Below, piece by piece: positions 34,436 through 46,262 of a DNA stretch of 64,000 nt (position 1 is the stretch's first letter; every line of letters starts with the position of its first letter). Made by a program: the position numbers and the translations under genes. The stretch spans positions 1,258 through 65,257 of the forward strand of contig CACZVE010000013.1 in assembly GCA_902784565.1 (NCBI GenBank), written 5' to 3'. The stretch is from an uncultured Prevotellaceae bacterium (GTDB lineage: Bacteria > Bacteroidota > Bacteroidia > Bacteroidales > Bacteroidaceae). The notes under the pieces are model-generated. The model ran no database searches. It was not told where the DNA came from and saw nothing but the letters and a program-made list of their open reading frames with translations.

Positions 34436-36943
34436 ATGACATTAGACAAGTTTACCATTAAAGCCCAGGAGGCCGTGCAACAGGCTGTGAATACGGCACA
34501 GTTGAACGGCCAGCAGGTGATAGAACCTGTACATATACTGAAAGGCGTTTTGGAGAAGGCGAAGGATGTATGTACCTTTATCTTCCAGAAACTCGGCGTG
34601 AATGCCCAGCAGATCGAGATGCTCGTGGACAACGAGATCAAGCATCTGCCGAAGGTACAGGGCGGACAGCCGTATCTCTCATCAGATAGTAATAATGTAC
34701 TCGTGCGCGCACAAGAGATGGCCCAGAAAGGTGGCGACGAGTTCGTCTCAGTGGAGCCCATCTTACAGGCCCTGCTCAGCGTGAACTCGACGGCTTCGAG
34801 GATTATGAAAGATGCGGGCTGCACGGAGAAGGATATGCAGAAGGCCATCCAGGAGTTGCGCCAGGGACAGAAGGTGAAGAGCCAGAGTGCCGACGACAAC
34901 TACCAGTCGTTGGAGAAGTACGCCAAGAACCTCGTAGACTTGGCCCGTCAGGGGAAACTCGACCCCGTGATAGGTCGTGATGACGAAATCCGCAGACTGT
35001 TGCAGATTCTCTCGCGACGCACCAAGAACAACCCGATATTGATTGGTGAGCCAGGTACGGGTAAAACGGCTATTGTGGAGGGTCTCGCAGGTCGTATCGT
35101 ACGAGGCGACGTGCCTGAGAATCTGAAAGACAAGCAGGTCTACTCACTCGATATGGGTGCGCTGGTGGCAGGAGCGAAATACAAGGGTGAATTTGAGGAG
35201 CGTCTAAAGAGTGTCATCAATGAGGTGACAAAGGCCGAGGGGCGTATCATCCTCTTCATCGATGAAATTCACACACTAGTAGGTGCCGGTGGCGGTGAGG
35301 GAGCAATGGACGCCGCCAACATCCTGAAACCAGCCCTCGCCCGTGGTGAACTGCGCGCCATCGGTGCCACCACACTGAATGAGTATCAGAAGTATTTTGA
35401 GAAGGACAAGGCCTTGGAGCGCCGTTTCCAAACGGTGATGGTGGATGAGCCGGATGAACTCAGTGCCATCTCGATCCTGCGAGGCTTGAAGGAACGCTAC
35501 GAGAACCACCACAAGGTACGTATCCAGGATGATGCCTGTATCGCTGCCGTACAACTCTCCGAGCGCTATATCTCCGAGCGCTTCCTGCCGGATAAGGCCA
35601 TCGACTTGATGGATGAGGCTGCCGCAAAACTGCGTATGGAACGTGACTCGGTGCCAGAGGAACTCGATGAGATCACCCGTCGTCTGGCTCAACTCGAAAT
35701 CGAGCGCGAAGCCATCAAACGCGAAGGCGATGAAACGAAGATAGCTCAGTTGGACAAGGACATTGCCGAACTGCGCGAACAGGAAACTCAGTTCCGCGCC
35801 AAGTGGGAGGGTGAGCGTCAACTCATCAACAAGATCCAACAGGACAAACAGGAGATGGAAAACCTGAAATTGGAGGCGGAGCGTGCAGAGCGCGAGGGCG
35901 ACTACGGAAAGGTGGCGGAGATACGCTACTCGAAACTGAAAGTGCTCGAAGACGATATCAAGACCATTCAGGCCCAACTGGCATCAGCACAGGACGGCAA
36001 TTCGCTCGTTCGTGAGGAAGTCACTGCGGATGATATCGCCGAGGTGGTGAGCCGTTGGACGGGCATCCCTGTAACCCGTATGATGCAGAGCGAGCGCGAG
36101 AAACTGCTCCATCTGGAAGAGGAACTCCATAAGCGTGTGATTGGTCAGGACGAGGCAATTACAGCCGTCTCTGATGCCGTACGCCGTTCAAGGGCAGGGT
36201 TGCAGGATCCCAAGCGACCTATCGCCTCGTTTATCTTCCTCGGTACGACGGGTGTGGGTAAGACAGAACTCGCCAAGACACTGGCCGACTATCTGTTTAA
36301 CGACGAGACGATGATGACGCGTATCGATATGTCGGAGTATCAGGAGAAATACAGTGTGAGTCGTCTGATTGGTGCGCCTCCGGGCTATGTGGGCTACGAC
36401 GAGGGCGGACAATTGACGGAGGCGGTGCGACGCAAACCATACTCGGTGGTGCTGTTCGATGAGATAGAGAAGGCGCATCCGGACGTGTTCAACATCCTTT
36501 TGCAGGTGTTGGACGACGGACGACTGACTGACAACAAAGGACGTACGGCCAACTTCAAGAACACCATCATCATCATGACGTCGAATGCCACCCGTGAACA
36601 ACTGCGCTCAACGATGCGTCCGGAATTCCTGAACCGTATCGACGAGATCATCACCTTCACGCCACTCACAAAAGAACAAATTGCCGATGTGGTGCGCCTG
36701 CAGATGAAGAAGGTAACGGAGATGTTGGAGCCGCAGGGCATCAAACTCGAATGTACCCAACAGGCCATCACCTACCTGGCAGAGGAAGGATATGACCCAG
36801 ACTATGGTGCAAGACCCGTTAAGCGTGCCATCCAACAGTTCGTACTGAATGACCTGTCGAAGAAATTGCTCGCTGATGAGGTAGACCGCACGAAGCCGAT
36901 TATCATCGATGAGTTCGGAGAAGGATTGGTATTCCGCAATTAA
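34436..36943 (+). CDS. clpB: Chaperone ClpB
   Basis: GEPGTGKT and GTTGVGKT Walker A motifs, coiled-coil M domain, [13 protein letters not shown]; no IGF loop. Confidence 0.97.
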   Translation: MTLDKFTIKAQEAVQQAVNTAQLNGQQVIEPVHILKGVLEKAKDVCTFIFQKLGVNAQQIEMLVDNEIKHLPKVQGGQPYLSSDSNNVLVRAQEMAQKGGDEFVSVEPILQALLSVNSTASRIMKDAGCTEKDMQKAIQELRQGQKVKSQSADDNYQSLEKYAKNLVDLARQGKLDPVIGRDDEIRRLLQILSRRTKNNPILIGEPGTGKTAIVEGLAGRIVRGDVPENLKDKQVYSLDMGALVAGAKYKGEFEERLKSVINEVTKAEGRIILFIDEIHTLVGAGGGEGAMDAANILKPALARGELRAIGATTLNEYQKYFEKDKALERRFQTVMVDEPDELSAISILRGLKERYENHHKVRIQDDACIAAVQLSERYISERFLPDKAIDLMDEAAAKLRMERDSVPEELDEITRRLAQLEIEREAIKREGDETKIAQLDKDIAELREQETQFRAKWEGERQLINKIQQDKQEMENLKLEAERAEREGDYGKVAEIRYSKLKVLEDDIKTIQAQLASAQDGNSLVREEVTADDIAEVVSRWTGIPVTRMMQSEREKLLHLEEELHKRVIGQDEAITAVSDAVRRSRAGLQDPKRPIASFIFLGTTGVGKTELAKTLADYLFNDETMMTRIDMSEYQEKYSVSRLIGAPPGYVGYDEGGQLTEAVRRKPYSVVLFDEIEKAHPDVFNILLQVLDDGRLTDNKGRTANFKNTIIIMTSNATREQLRSTMRPEFLNRIDEIITFTPLTKEQIADVVRLQMKKVTEMLEPQGIKLECTQQAITYLAEEGYDPDYGARPVKRAIQQFVLNDLSKKLLADEVDRTKPIIIDEFGEGLVFRN

Positions 36944-36945
36944 AC

Positions 36946-36978
36946 AAAAGGTGTTCCGCCATCAACGGAACACCTTTT
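36946..36978. terminator. Bidirectional terminator overlapping M6 gene end
   Basis: aaaaggtgttccg-ccatcaa-cggaacacctttt. Confidence 0.85.
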
Positions 36979-38320
36979 TGGTTGTGCCATCAGGGTATTT
37001 GATGATATAGAGACCTGAAATCGCTGGAAGTGTCATAAGACGATGTCCCAGAAGGTCATAGACAACACTGAGACTACTGTCATCACATGACATACGAGCG
37101 ATACCTGTCGGCATAATCTCATCAGGCGTGAGACGTGTCACACGGAGATGGTCTGGGTCGTTGTTGACGGTGTTTTCCGTCCACGCCAGTTCATCGTAGT
37201 CGATATGCCAAGCCAACAGTCCTTCCTTGAGGATATATTGGTCCCAAGACTCTTTAAGGCGGTACTCAATGAGATAATAGTCGTTAGCATCAGGCGACAC
37301 ACGATAGAGGCAGGCATCAGGATATCTGATCAGCGGTCTGACGAGATGACTATCCGAAGGATGTATCAGTTCATCGTCTGGATCATAGCCGACAATAGCA
37401 TGAGGATCGTCGACCTCAACGGGTGTCAGCCAACCGCAGAGAAACCGTTCGTAGGAGGAATAACCTGAGGGACACCAGTTTTTGCCGTTATAACAACCCT
37501 GATCCATGATGTCATAATTGCCAACGATGGAGCCACCTTTTTCGGTGTTGTACAAGTCGGGCAAACCGAGACAGTGACTGAACTCATGGCAGAAGGTACC
37601 CATACCTACCAACTTCCCGGCATGATCGATTTCATTGCTACAAGCGTAGTTGTTGATATGTACGCCCTGCACAAGCAGACCGTCTTCATACCCCCAGTCC
37701 GTTATCATCGAAGCCATGTGAGGCCAGATGACGGTGGAATCCTTGCTCCAATAATCGTTCTCGCCATGCCCAGCATAGAGCAGGAACACTTGTTCCACCT
37801 CACCATCTTTATCCCAGTCATAATCGGCGAAACGTACCTGTTCGGAAACAGCCAGACAGGCCTCCTCCACCAGTTCGCCCACATTCTGGTCGAACCAACC
37901 TGTAGGGGCACCCCAGTCCTTATTCGTGCCATAATAGGCATAGTCATGCAGGGCCTCAACAGGACCGATGACATCGAAAGTCAGACGGAACTGACCGTAA
38001 CTCTGATCATAGAAATAGTCGCTGACACTGCCAGGCGCCTTGTTGTCAGAATAGCCCTCGAGGTTGATGATGTCAGACCAGGTATGAAACGCGTTTTCAT
38101 CCTTGAACCGGGCATTCGGAAACTCCACGAGGATGATCAGTCCACGTTTCTCACCGAGGAAAGCATTCTGTTGCGGTGCCTTTCCAAGACGGACACGTGA
38201 AGAGGCACCTCTGTCAGCCACATGACGACGGGCTAAGACGGAGGTGCCGCAGGGTTTCAAATCCTGAGCCTGCGAAAGAAGACATACTGTCGATAACAGG
38301 AACAGGAGCAGTCGTCTCAT
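36962..38320 (-). CDS. M6 family (immune inhibitor A-like) metalloprotease, T9SS-like tail
   Basis: GSVSDYFYDQS, CHEFSHCLGLPDLY, IMDQG. Confidence 0.93.
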   Translation of the reverse strand: MRRLLLFLLSTVCLLSQAQDLKPCGTSVLARRHVADRGASSRVRLGKAPQQNAFLGEKRGLIILVEFPNARFKDENAFHTWSDIINLEGYSDNKAPGSVSDYFYDQSYGQFRLTFDVIGPVEALHDYAYYGTNKDWGAPTGWFDQNVGELVEEACLAVSEQVRFADYDWDKDGEVEQVFLLYAGHGENDYWSKDSTVIWPHMASMITDWGYEDGLLVQGVHINNYACSNEIDHAGKLVGMGTFCHEFSHCLGLPDLYNTEKGGSIVGNYDIMDQGCYNGKNWCPSGYSSYERFLCGWLTPVEVDDPHAIVGYDPDDELIHPSDSHLVRPLIRYPDACLYRVSPDANDYYLIEYRLKESWDQYILKEGLLAWHIDYDELAWTENTVNNDPDHLRVTRLTPDEIMPTGIARMSCDDSSLSVVYDLLGHRLMTLPAISGLYIIKYPDGTTKKVFR

Positions 38321-39813
38321 CGGAATAACTTTCTGGTTGTACCGTCACTATACCTGATAATGTATAAGCCCTTGGCCGGAGGAACAGGAAGCCTACATCC
38401 CCGTAGGTCGTAATAGGCCACAAGACGTGCATTGGCAGAGAGGGAGGTGATACCTGTAGAAGCGTCACCGAAACGGAAGGATATCTTTCCACCTTCCTCG
38501 CGGATATCGCTCACTGTCTTACCCATCAGCGACACACCATCGGCACGCGGATTGAAAAGGATGGCAGCAGGGACGGATGCGTCTGTCAGAGAGTCGTGTC
38601 TGACACCCTCAGCATCGACATAAGGATAACTGGTGTACTGCAGACGCAGGTTTCTTCCGTCAACACCATAAGGACTGTTGTCGCCTAACAAATCATCATA
38701 ATAATCATAGTCGAAATTGTCGGCATGGAAATACTCAAAGCGGTGGTGTGTTTTATTGCTATTGACATCGTTTCCCTTCCAGATATCTTTATCGAAATCG
38801 ATATGGGTAATCAGCAGACCATGGTTCGGCAACATGAGATCCCAGCCCTCCCATTGGCGGTTCTCCAACAGATAATACTCATCAGGGTGCGCATCATTGA
38901 CAATACGATAGGCTTTGCCTCCACTCTCATAGGAAGGCATGTCGGTAACAACCTTAGCCTCTGTCAGGTCTTCCGGCACCTGCCATCCCAAATACTCCCT
39001 TTCATGAATAGACAGATTGGGCGGACACCAACCATTATCGGCATAGTTGCCGCCATCCATCAGATTCCACTCGTCAAGCACAGAGAACTCAGCCCCTGAC
39101 GTAGGATAGAGGTCCGGGATTCCCAGCACATGACAGAACTCATGGCAGATAGTGCCAATACCACAGGAGACATTCTCTACCCATAACTCCGGACTGGCAG
39201 AGTAACCACCAATCCCGACTCCGTCGAGTGAGAAATAGAGAGCGTCCGTATTCGGCCAGATACAGCCCTTGGCTGCATCTTCCTCTTCGTTACCGCCATA
39301 ACCGGCATAGATGATGATGACCGATTGGGCATTACCGTCATCATCCCAGTCATAGTCGGCATAGTTGAATTGCTCATCCGCCAGTTTGATGACTTCTATG
39401 ATTTGATTCGTGCCAAAATTATTATTACCGCCCTTCTGATTAGAGGTCACTTTGATGGGCCCTACCACATCGAACACCACATTGAACAGTCCCCGCGACT
39501 GGTCACGGAAATAGTCAGCCACACAACCAGGCCCGTGTCCGAGATTGAAGCCGCTCTCATTAAACAACCGATCGTAGAACTCCTTAGGATTCTCGCAACT
39601 GAAGTCACAGTCGGCAAATGACATAAGGATAACAGGCATACGATAGGTCTTCTCGGCATCCCACGAGGTGTATGGATTAAACAGAATACGATGAACAGCG
39701 GGACTACGCGTGATATGGAGTGTCGTACCATTAGCCTTACGATGTGTCTTTTGTCTGGCTGCGTGGGCAGTCAGACAAAAACATACGAGAAGGATACTGA
39801 TTAACGAGCGCAT
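38317..39813 (-). CDS. M6 family metalloprotease paralog, T9SS-like tail
   Basis: [30 protein letters not shown]; ATG 39813 overlaps fumarase end. Confidence 0.93.
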   Translation of the reverse strand: MRSLISILLVCFCLTAHAARQKTHRKANGTTLHITRSPAVHRILFNPYTSWDAEKTYRMPVILMSFADCDFSCENPKEFYDRLFNESGFNLGHGPGCVADYFRDQSRGLFNVVFDVVGPIKVTSNQKGGNNNFGTNQIIEVIKLADEQFNYADYDWDDDGNAQSVIIIYAGYGGNEEEDAAKGCIWPNTDALYFSLDGVGIGGYSASPELWVENVSCGIGTICHEFCHVLGIPDLYPTSGAEFSVLDEWNLMDGGNYADNGWCPPNLSIHEREYLGWQVPEDLTEAKVVTDMPSYESGGKAYRIVNDAHPDEYYLLENRQWEGWDLMLPNHGLLITHIDFDKDIWKGNDVNSNKTHHRFEYFHADNFDYDYYDDLLGDNSPYGVDGRNLRLQYTSYPYVDAEGVRHDSLTDASVPAAILFNPRADGVSLMGKTVSDIREEGGKISFRFGDASTGITSLSANARLVAYYDLRGCRLPVPPAKGLYIIRYSDGTTRKLFR

Positions 39814-41450
39814 GGTGTCCAAGGTTTCAAGGTCTTGAAGAAGTCATTCCCCTTGTCATCGACGAGGATGAAAGCGGGGAAGTCTTCTACGTCAATCTTC
39901 CAAATGGCCTCCATACCAAGTTCGGGATATTCCACGCACTCAATGGCTCGTATGCTGCTCTGAGAGAGTACGGCTGCTACACCGCCAATGCTACCCAGAT
40001 AGAAGCCACCGTACTTCTTACAAGCCTCTGTGACAACATCCGAGCGATTACCCTTGGCAATCATCACCAATGAAGCACCCAACGACTGGAACTCATCCAC
40101 ATAGGGATCCATACGGTTGGCTGTGGTGGGACCCATCGAACCACAAGGATAGCCCTCCGGTGTCTTGGCGGGACCGGCATAGAGCACAGGATATTTCTTA
40201 AAGTAGTCTGGCATCGGCTCACCGGCATCGATACGAGCCTTCAACTTGGCGTGGGCGATGTCACGAGCCACAATAATAGTTCCCTTCAGATTGACACGTG
40301 TACTGACGGGATACTTTGAGAGTTCCTTGCGCACGGCATCGATGCCCTCGTTGAGGTCGATGGTAATGGTGTTGGCACCCTCGCCAGCCTTCGCGAACTC
40401 GGCAGGGATCAACTCAGAGGGATTCGAGTCCATCTTCTCCAACCAGATACCATCGGCATTGATCTTGGCCTTGATGTTACGGTCGGCAGAGCAAGACACG
40501 CCCATACCAATCGGACAAGAAGCACCATGACGCGGCAGACGGATGACACGGATATCGTGAGCCAGATACTTACCACCAAACTGGGCACCCAGACCAATCT
40601 TATGAGCCTCCTTGAGGAGTTTCTCCTCGAGATCGATATCACGGAAGGCACGACCTGTCTCATCACCTGTGGTGGGTAGACCATCATAGAACTTGATAGA
40701 GGCCAACTTCACTGTGAGCAGGTTCTTCTCTGCGGATGTACCACCAATCACGAAGGCAATATGATAAGGCGGACAGGCAGCAGTACCGAGACTCTTCATC
40801 TTCTCCACGAGGAACGGAATCAATGTTCCTTCGTTTTGAATCGTGGCCTTCGTCATCGGATAGAAGTAGGTCTTATTGGCACTACCACCACCCTTAGCAA
40901 CCATCACAAACTTATATTCAGCACCCTCGGTTGCCTCGATATCAATCTGAGCGGGCAGGTTACAACGGGTATTCACCTCGTCATACATGTTCAACGGGGC
41001 GTTCTGAGAGTAGCGCAGGTTGTCCTGGGTAAAGGTATTGAAGACACCCAATGAGAGAGCCTCCTCGTCCTCGAAACCTGTCCAAATCTGCTGACCTTTC
41101 TCACCATGGATAATCGCCGTACCTGTGTCCTGACAGAAAGGCAGGATGCCACGGGCTGCCACCTCGGCATTGCGCAGGAACTGCAAGGCGACATATTTGT
41201 CATTTTCTGAGGCCTCAGGATCATTCAGGATCTTGGCCACCTGAAGGTTATGCTCACGACGCAACATGAACTCCACATCATGGAAGGCCTGCTGGGCCAA
41301 AAGTGTCAGGGCCTCTTTCGAGACCTTTACGATCTGCTTTCCTTCAAACTCGGCGGTTGTCACGCCTTCCTTACTCAACAAGCGGTACTCCGTCTTGTCT
41401 TCGCCCACCTGAAACATCGGGGCATACTTAAATTCTACGTTTTTAGCCAT
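39801..41450 (-). CDS. Class I fumarate hydratase
   Basis: [31 protein letters not shown]. Confidence 0.96.
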   Translation of the reverse strand: MAKNVEFKYAPMFQVGEDKTEYRLLSKEGVTTAEFEGKQIVKVSKEALTLLAQQAFHDVEFMLRREHNLQVAKILNDPEASENDKYVALQFLRNAEVAARGILPFCQDTGTAIIHGEKGQQIWTGFEDEEALSLGVFNTFTQDNLRYSQNAPLNMYDEVNTRCNLPAQIDIEATEGAEYKFVMVAKGGGSANKTYFYPMTKATIQNEGTLIPFLVEKMKSLGTAACPPYHIAFVIGGTSAEKNLLTVKLASIKFYDGLPTTGDETGRAFRDIDLEEKLLKEAHKIGLGAQFGGKYLAHDIRVIRLPRHGASCPIGMGVSCSADRNIKAKINADGIWLEKMDSNPSELIPAEFAKAGEGANTITIDLNEGIDAVRKELSKYPVSTRVNLKGTIIVARDIAHAKLKARIDAGEPMPDYFKKYPVLYAGPAKTPEGYPCGSMGPTTANRMDPYVDEFQSLGASLVMIAKGNRSDVVTEACKKYGGFYLGSIGGVAAVLSQSSIRAIECVEYPELGMEAIWKIDVEDFPAFILVDDKGNDFFKTLKPWTPCAR

Positions 41451-41503
41451 AATAATATATTTATTTTTGTTCTTTCTAAATACGCTGGGCTATCCTAGGA
41501 GGC

Positions 41504-44401
41504 CTAGAACCCAAAAACCTCCTCTATCTTGAGCCTTCTAATCGGTCCGATCTTTTCGAGAGCCTTCATATCGAGTTCCTTCTCATCACCGAGGATGATA
41601 TAGCGATAGTGCTTATCGGCAATGCGCTGCTTGGCAAAGTCCACCACATCCTGAAGAGTGAGTTGTGGCAGTTGTTCATAGATCTTGGCATCCAGATCGT
41701 AGTCGATGCCCAGTTTCTGGGCAGCGAGATAACTCCAGATGATATTCATCTTGGTAGTACGTTCACTTGCCAACTGTTTGGTGAGTGCATCTTTGGCAAT
41801 CTGGAAAGCATTCTCACTGGCCGGCATCTGGTTCATAATCTCGTTGAAGTGGTTCACGGCATCCATCATCTTATCGTTCTGGGTAATGATGTGTGTCATA
41901 AACGACTCCTTACGTCCTTTCACCGACGGACGGTTGTAATAGGCATAGGCATTATAAGCCAATCCACGCGTCTCACGCATTTCCTGGAACACAATGCCGT
42001 TCATGCCTCCGCCAAAGTACTCATTGAACAAGGCCCGTACGGCTGACTCTTCCGGATTCCAGTCACGACCTTCATTATGATACATACGCATATAGATATT
42101 CTTGGCCTGATAAGGTGCAATCCATATCTCATTCTCGTTGGCCATCTGGTCCAGATAAGGTTTGTTCTCGAGTGCCGGCTTCAAATCTTTCGCAAAAAGA
42201 CCACTGACAGACTCGGATACATCATCCTCATCCTCCGGACCATAGTAGAGCACCTTATGCTGATATTGGCTCAAGCCTTTCAACAAGTCGACGAACACCT
42301 GTGGATCCGTCTCCTTAAGTTCCTGCTCCGTCATCATGTCGCGATAGGCGTTATGTTCGCCTTGAGAGCCATATCTGTACAGGAATTCAAAGTAGTTTTG
42401 CTGATTCTTCTTGGCATCGTTTCTTTTCTTCAGTGTCACATTCACCATTTCATTGTAGGCATCCTTATCCACCTTGGCATTCTGCAGGACATCCTGCATC
42501 AGGGCGATGGCAGGCTTCATATTCTCACTAAGGCCATACAGTCCCACGTTGGTATTCTCGGCCCCCACGCTGATGTAGATGTCACAAGCCAACTCATAGA
42601 ATTTCTGGCGCACATCAGCCGCAGAGAGTTTGTCGGTTCCGATATATTTGAAGTAGTTAGATGCCACATCATAACGACGGTCAGCACTCTGTCCGAAGTC
42701 ATACTGGAACACCAGTTCAAACAGTCCGTTGGTATTGTTCTTCACATAGTAGAGAGGTTGGTCGCAACCCGTCTTGCCCTTCTCCATATCTTTCTGGTAG
42801 TCCACAAACCGCGGTTGGATAGGATCCACCTTGGCCTCTTGTATCTCCTTGACGAAATCGCTCATCTGATCGCGATTAGCCTGGATCGGAGTGATGGCAG
42901 GCTTGTCGATCTTCTTCTGGGTGGTATCAATGCCCTGTTTCTTGAAGACAGTGACATAGCCCTCCGTGAAGAACCGGTTGGCGAAGTCAATCAGTTCCTG
43001 TTTGGTAATCTTCGAGATACGGTCGATTTTTCCTACCTCTTGTGTCCAATCTATCTCATTGATAAAGGCATCAACGAACATATCTGCCCTACCCTCGTTG
43101 CTCTCAATCAATTCGTAGTAATTGCGCTTTTTGTTGTTGATGATGCTGGCCAATAGGTTGTCGGGAAAGTCGCCCTTTTTCAGTTTGTCAATTTCTGCCA
43201 ACATCAGACTGCGCACCTCTTCCAATGTCTGTCCCTCCTTGGGTGTACCCATCAGGATAAAGCCGCCATGATCGTGCAACAACTCTGGTGTGGCAAAGGC
43301 CCGCTGTACCTTCATCGTCTGGTTCAGGTCGAGGTCGAACAATCCGGCCTTTCCATTGCTCAGCACACTCTCCATCAGTTCCAGCGTATCCGCCTGCTGG
43401 GTATTGGCCTGCAGGGCACGCCATCCTACCCATACTTGCTCTGCCTCCTGACCGATCACCGTGGTGTCCTGAGGCTGACTGAGTTCTGGTAGCGGATCGA
43501 AAGTTGGCTGGGTGACATCGTCGCCAGGTTTCCATTCAGCGAAATATTTCTCAAGGATGGCCATTGTCTTGTCTGGGTCCAGGTCACCACTCATACAGAT
43601 GGCCACATTGTTGGGTACATACCATTTCTTGAAATAGTTCTTGATATTCGTGATGGACGGATTCTTCAGGTGCTCCTGTGTACCAATGGTGGTCTGAGTA
43701 CCGTATGGGTGGTTGGGGAAGAGCATCTTACTGATAGTGTAGTACAACTTACGCTGGTCGCTGGTCAGTCCGATGTTGTACTCCTCGTACACAGCCTCCA
43801 ATTCTGTGTGGAAGCCACGGATCACCATATTCTGGAAACGGTCGCTTTGGATCTTCGCCCAGTTCTCCACCTCATTAGAGGGAATGTTCTCTGTGTAACA
43901 GGTCACATCGTTCGAGGTGTAAGCATTTGTACCTTCGGCACCGATGGCGGCCATCAGTTTATCATACTCATTGGGGATGAAGTACTTGGCAGCCTCCTGA
44001 CTGATGGAGTCGATCTCATGGTATGCCTGTTTACGGGCCTCAGGATCGGTCAACTTACGATAGGCCTCATAGCGCTGTTCTATCTCGTCGAGCAAGGGTT
44101 TCTCTGCCTCAGGGTTGTTGGTACCAAACTTACTGGTTCCCTTGAACATCAAATGCTCCAGATAATGCGCCAAACCGGTCGTCTCTGCAGGATCGTTCTT
44201 CGAGCCCGTCCGTACGGCGATATACGTCTGAATACGCGGTTGTTCCTTGTTCACACTCAGATACACCTTCAGTCCATTCTCGAGGGTATAGATACGCGTC
44301 TGCGTCATATCCCCCTTCACGGTCTCATACTTGTACTTGCTGCATGAACTTATGCCAAGCACCAGCACTGCACCGATAGTCAGTAAGATTTTCGTTCTCA
44401 T
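41504..44401 (-). CDS. M16 family zinc peptidase, lipoprotein
   Basis: LAHYLEHLMFKGT, NAYTS, lipobox ISS|C. Confidence 0.94.
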   Translation of the reverse strand: MRTKILLTIGAVLVLGISSCSKYKYETVKGDMTQTRIYTLENGLKVYLSVNKEQPRIQTYIAVRTGSKNDPAETTGLAHYLEHLMFKGTSKFGTNNPEAEKPLLDEIEQRYEAYRKLTDPEARKQAYHEIDSISQEAAKYFIPNEYDKLMAAIGAEGTNAYTSNDVTCYTENIPSNEVENWAKIQSDRFQNMVIRGFHTELEAVYEEYNIGLTSDQRKLYYTISKMLFPNHPYGTQTTIGTQEHLKNPSITNIKNYFKKWYVPNNVAICMSGDLDPDKTMAILEKYFAEWKPGDDVTQPTFDPLPELSQPQDTTVIGQEAEQVWVGWRALQANTQQADTLELMESVLSNGKAGLFDLDLNQTMKVQRAFATPELLHDHGGFILMGTPKEGQTLEEVRSLMLAEIDKLKKGDFPDNLLASIINNKKRNYYELIESNEGRADMFVDAFINEIDWTQEVGKIDRISKITKQELIDFANRFFTEGYVTVFKKQGIDTTQKKIDKPAITPIQANRDQMSDFVKEIQEAKVDPIQPRFVDYQKDMEKGKTGCDQPLYYVKNNTNGLFELVFQYDFGQSADRRYDVASNYFKYIGTDKLSAADVRQKFYELACDIYISVGAENTNVGLYGLSENMKPAIALMQDVLQNAKVDKDAYNEMVNVTLKKRNDAKKNQQNYFEFLYRYGSQGEHNAYRDMMTEQELKETDPQVFVDLLKGLSQYQHKVLYYGPEDEDDVSESVSGLFAKDLKPALENKPYLDQMANENEIWIAPYQAKNIYMRMYHNEGRDWNPEESAVRALFNEYFGGGMNGIVFQEMRETRGLAYNAYAYYNRPSVKGRKESFMTHIITQNDKMMDAVNHFNEIMNQMPASENAFQIAKDALTKQLASERTTKMNIIWSYLAAQKLGIDYDLDAKIYEQLPQLTLQDVVDFAKQRIADKHYRYIILGDEKELDMKALEKIGPIRRLKIEEVFGF

Positions 44402-44408
44402 TTGTATT

Positions 44409-46262
44409 TTAATTTTCGTAATCTATCTCATGGTCAAGTTTCGACAGGAAGTCCTCATAGACCTCCTGATCCACATCGCCCATCTGGAACTCCTTCTCGG
44501 CATCCTTACGAATCTCGGCAATCCAGGCACGACGAGCCTTCACATAGTCCTCACGGATACGCTCCGCATCGGCTGGTGTGATCTCATCCAGTCCGTAATA
44601 GTCAAGAATCAACTGATACGACCAGGCCCAACGGTAATCGCTGTAGTGATCGTTGATGTCAGTAAACCTGTCGAGCAACTGTTGCACATTCTCAATGGTA
44701 CCATTCTTGATATCCTCCACGATACGTTGTTCCTCACTCTCGGGAAGGAGCAGTCCACTGAGGTCTGACCAATGTCCTTTACCCACATCGCTCTTCGGCT
44801 GTCCGAAGAAACCTTCCTTCTGGGCACGTTTCAGGACGGCACCCATATAGATGCGCAGGGCGATATCGTAATACTTCAGACCCTTGCGGAGGGAAGTAGC
44901 ATTAATCACATACTCGTGGAAATTATAGGTGGAGACATTGTCGCCAGAGGCACTGCGCAACGACTTCAGGATCTCGATACCCTGCATGATCTCACCCACG
45001 GTAAACGGCGACAGCCAGTCGAAGTTGATGATACTCTTCTTCGACTGTTTCGAGCGTTTGTCACGCTTCGGCCATTTCTTGATGTCACGGTAGAGTCCCA
45101 CCGTCGTGATGTTACGTCCTGGCACCAGATAGCAGTCATCGCCGTAGGCCATCAGGTAGGAGAACGGCAGGTTACGGGTGTCTGGATGGTGCATCAATTT
45201 ACCGAAGCAGACACTGAAAGCACCGATGGTGGCAGGCATCAGGATATAAGAGCCAGAGGCCGTCTTTGTGCCACGCTCGAGTGTTCCCCAGTGCATGGGT
45301 CCCATCTTATAGGCATGGTTCGAGAAGTTGGTGTTTGAGCCTGCATTATAGAACGAGAACTCGCCGCCAATCAACAACGAACACTTATGGTGCGAAGCCG
45401 AGAAGGGACCACAGAAGGCGGCACAGGCCTCACCATTGGCCATAAAGGAGTTGGCGAAGAACAGACTGGCCTCTGCCGTGAAGCCATTGGTAATCTGACA
45501 AGCCTCTCCTACGAAACAGTCCTGCATCTTCACGGAGTTGTTGATCGAGCAACCGTCGCAGATGATGGAGTTCTCACAGATCACACCCGTACCGATGAAC
45601 ACGGGCGCATCCATCGACGACATCACCGTACACTCCGACAGTCTTGCGGCACCACTGATCTCGCAGTCGCCCTTGATGATGGTGTTGGTGATATCCTTGG
45701 CATTGATAATCTTCACATTGTTACCAATATAGCCACGGTCAGGGCGCGACACCCGCAACTCGTCCTCAATCATCTGCTGGAGGGTCTTCTTCAGTACCTT
45801 GTCATTGTGATGCTTTACCATGAAGGAAGCCAACTGACTGTTCAGTTCGCGAAAAATGGTCACGTTGCCGTCGCCCATCTCGTTCAACACGGAGATGACA
45901 GAGCCCTCACCATAGGTAGCGTCTTCTGTCGTTTCCAGCGTACAGATATTAGAGATGTAACAGTCGTTACCTATTGTATAATTATTGATGTAGTTGCCTA
46001 CCTTCTCAATCAGACAGTCATTGCCCACCGTCACATTCCGCAGCGTGGCATCGTTGATACCGGAGTGCTTGACGAAGCCCTTACTCACCTCAACCTGCTT
46101 ATTAAACTCTCCCAGGCGGATGTCGCCATAGAAGATGACACGGTGGAAATTATAGGGTTTGAAGCCTTCGGCCACCATCACTCGCTGCCAGTCCTCTGCC
46201 CAGCAGACATTGTTCTCTAATACTTCAATCTCGGTCTGTGTTAAGTTTCTGTAATCACTCAT
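44409..46262 (-). CDS. DUF4954 family protein
   Basis: beta-helix-like region, FYNAGSNTNFSNHAYKMGP; downstream of hflX; start set to MSDYRNL. Confidence 0.85.
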   Translation of the reverse strand: MSDYRNLTQTEIEVLENNVCWAEDWQRVMVAEGFKPYNFHRVIFYGDIRLGEFNKQVEVSKGFVKHSGINDATLRNVTVGNDCLIEKVGNYINNYTIGNDCYISNICTLETTEDATYGEGSVISVLNEMGDGNVTIFRELNSQLASFMVKHHNDKVLKKTLQQMIEDELRVSRPDRGYIGNNVKIINAKDITNTIIKGDCEISGAARLSECTVMSSMDAPVFIGTGVICENSIICDGCSINNSVKMQDCFVGEACQITNGFTAEASLFFANSFMANGEACAAFCGPFSASHHKCSLLIGGEFSFYNAGSNTNFSNHAYKMGPMHWGTLERGTKTASGSYILMPATIGAFSVCFGKLMHHPDTRNLPFSYLMAYGDDCYLVPGRNITTVGLYRDIKKWPKRDKRSKQSKKSIINFDWLSPFTVGEIMQGIEILKSLRSASGDNVSTYNFHEYVINATSLRKGLKYYDIALRIYMGAVLKRAQKEGFFGQPKSDVGKGHWSDLSGLLLPESEEQRIVEDIKNGTIENVQQLLDRFTDINDHYSDYRWAWSYQLILDYYGLDEITPADAERIREDYVKARRAWIAEIRKDAEKEFQMGDVDQEVYEDFLSKLDHEIDYEN

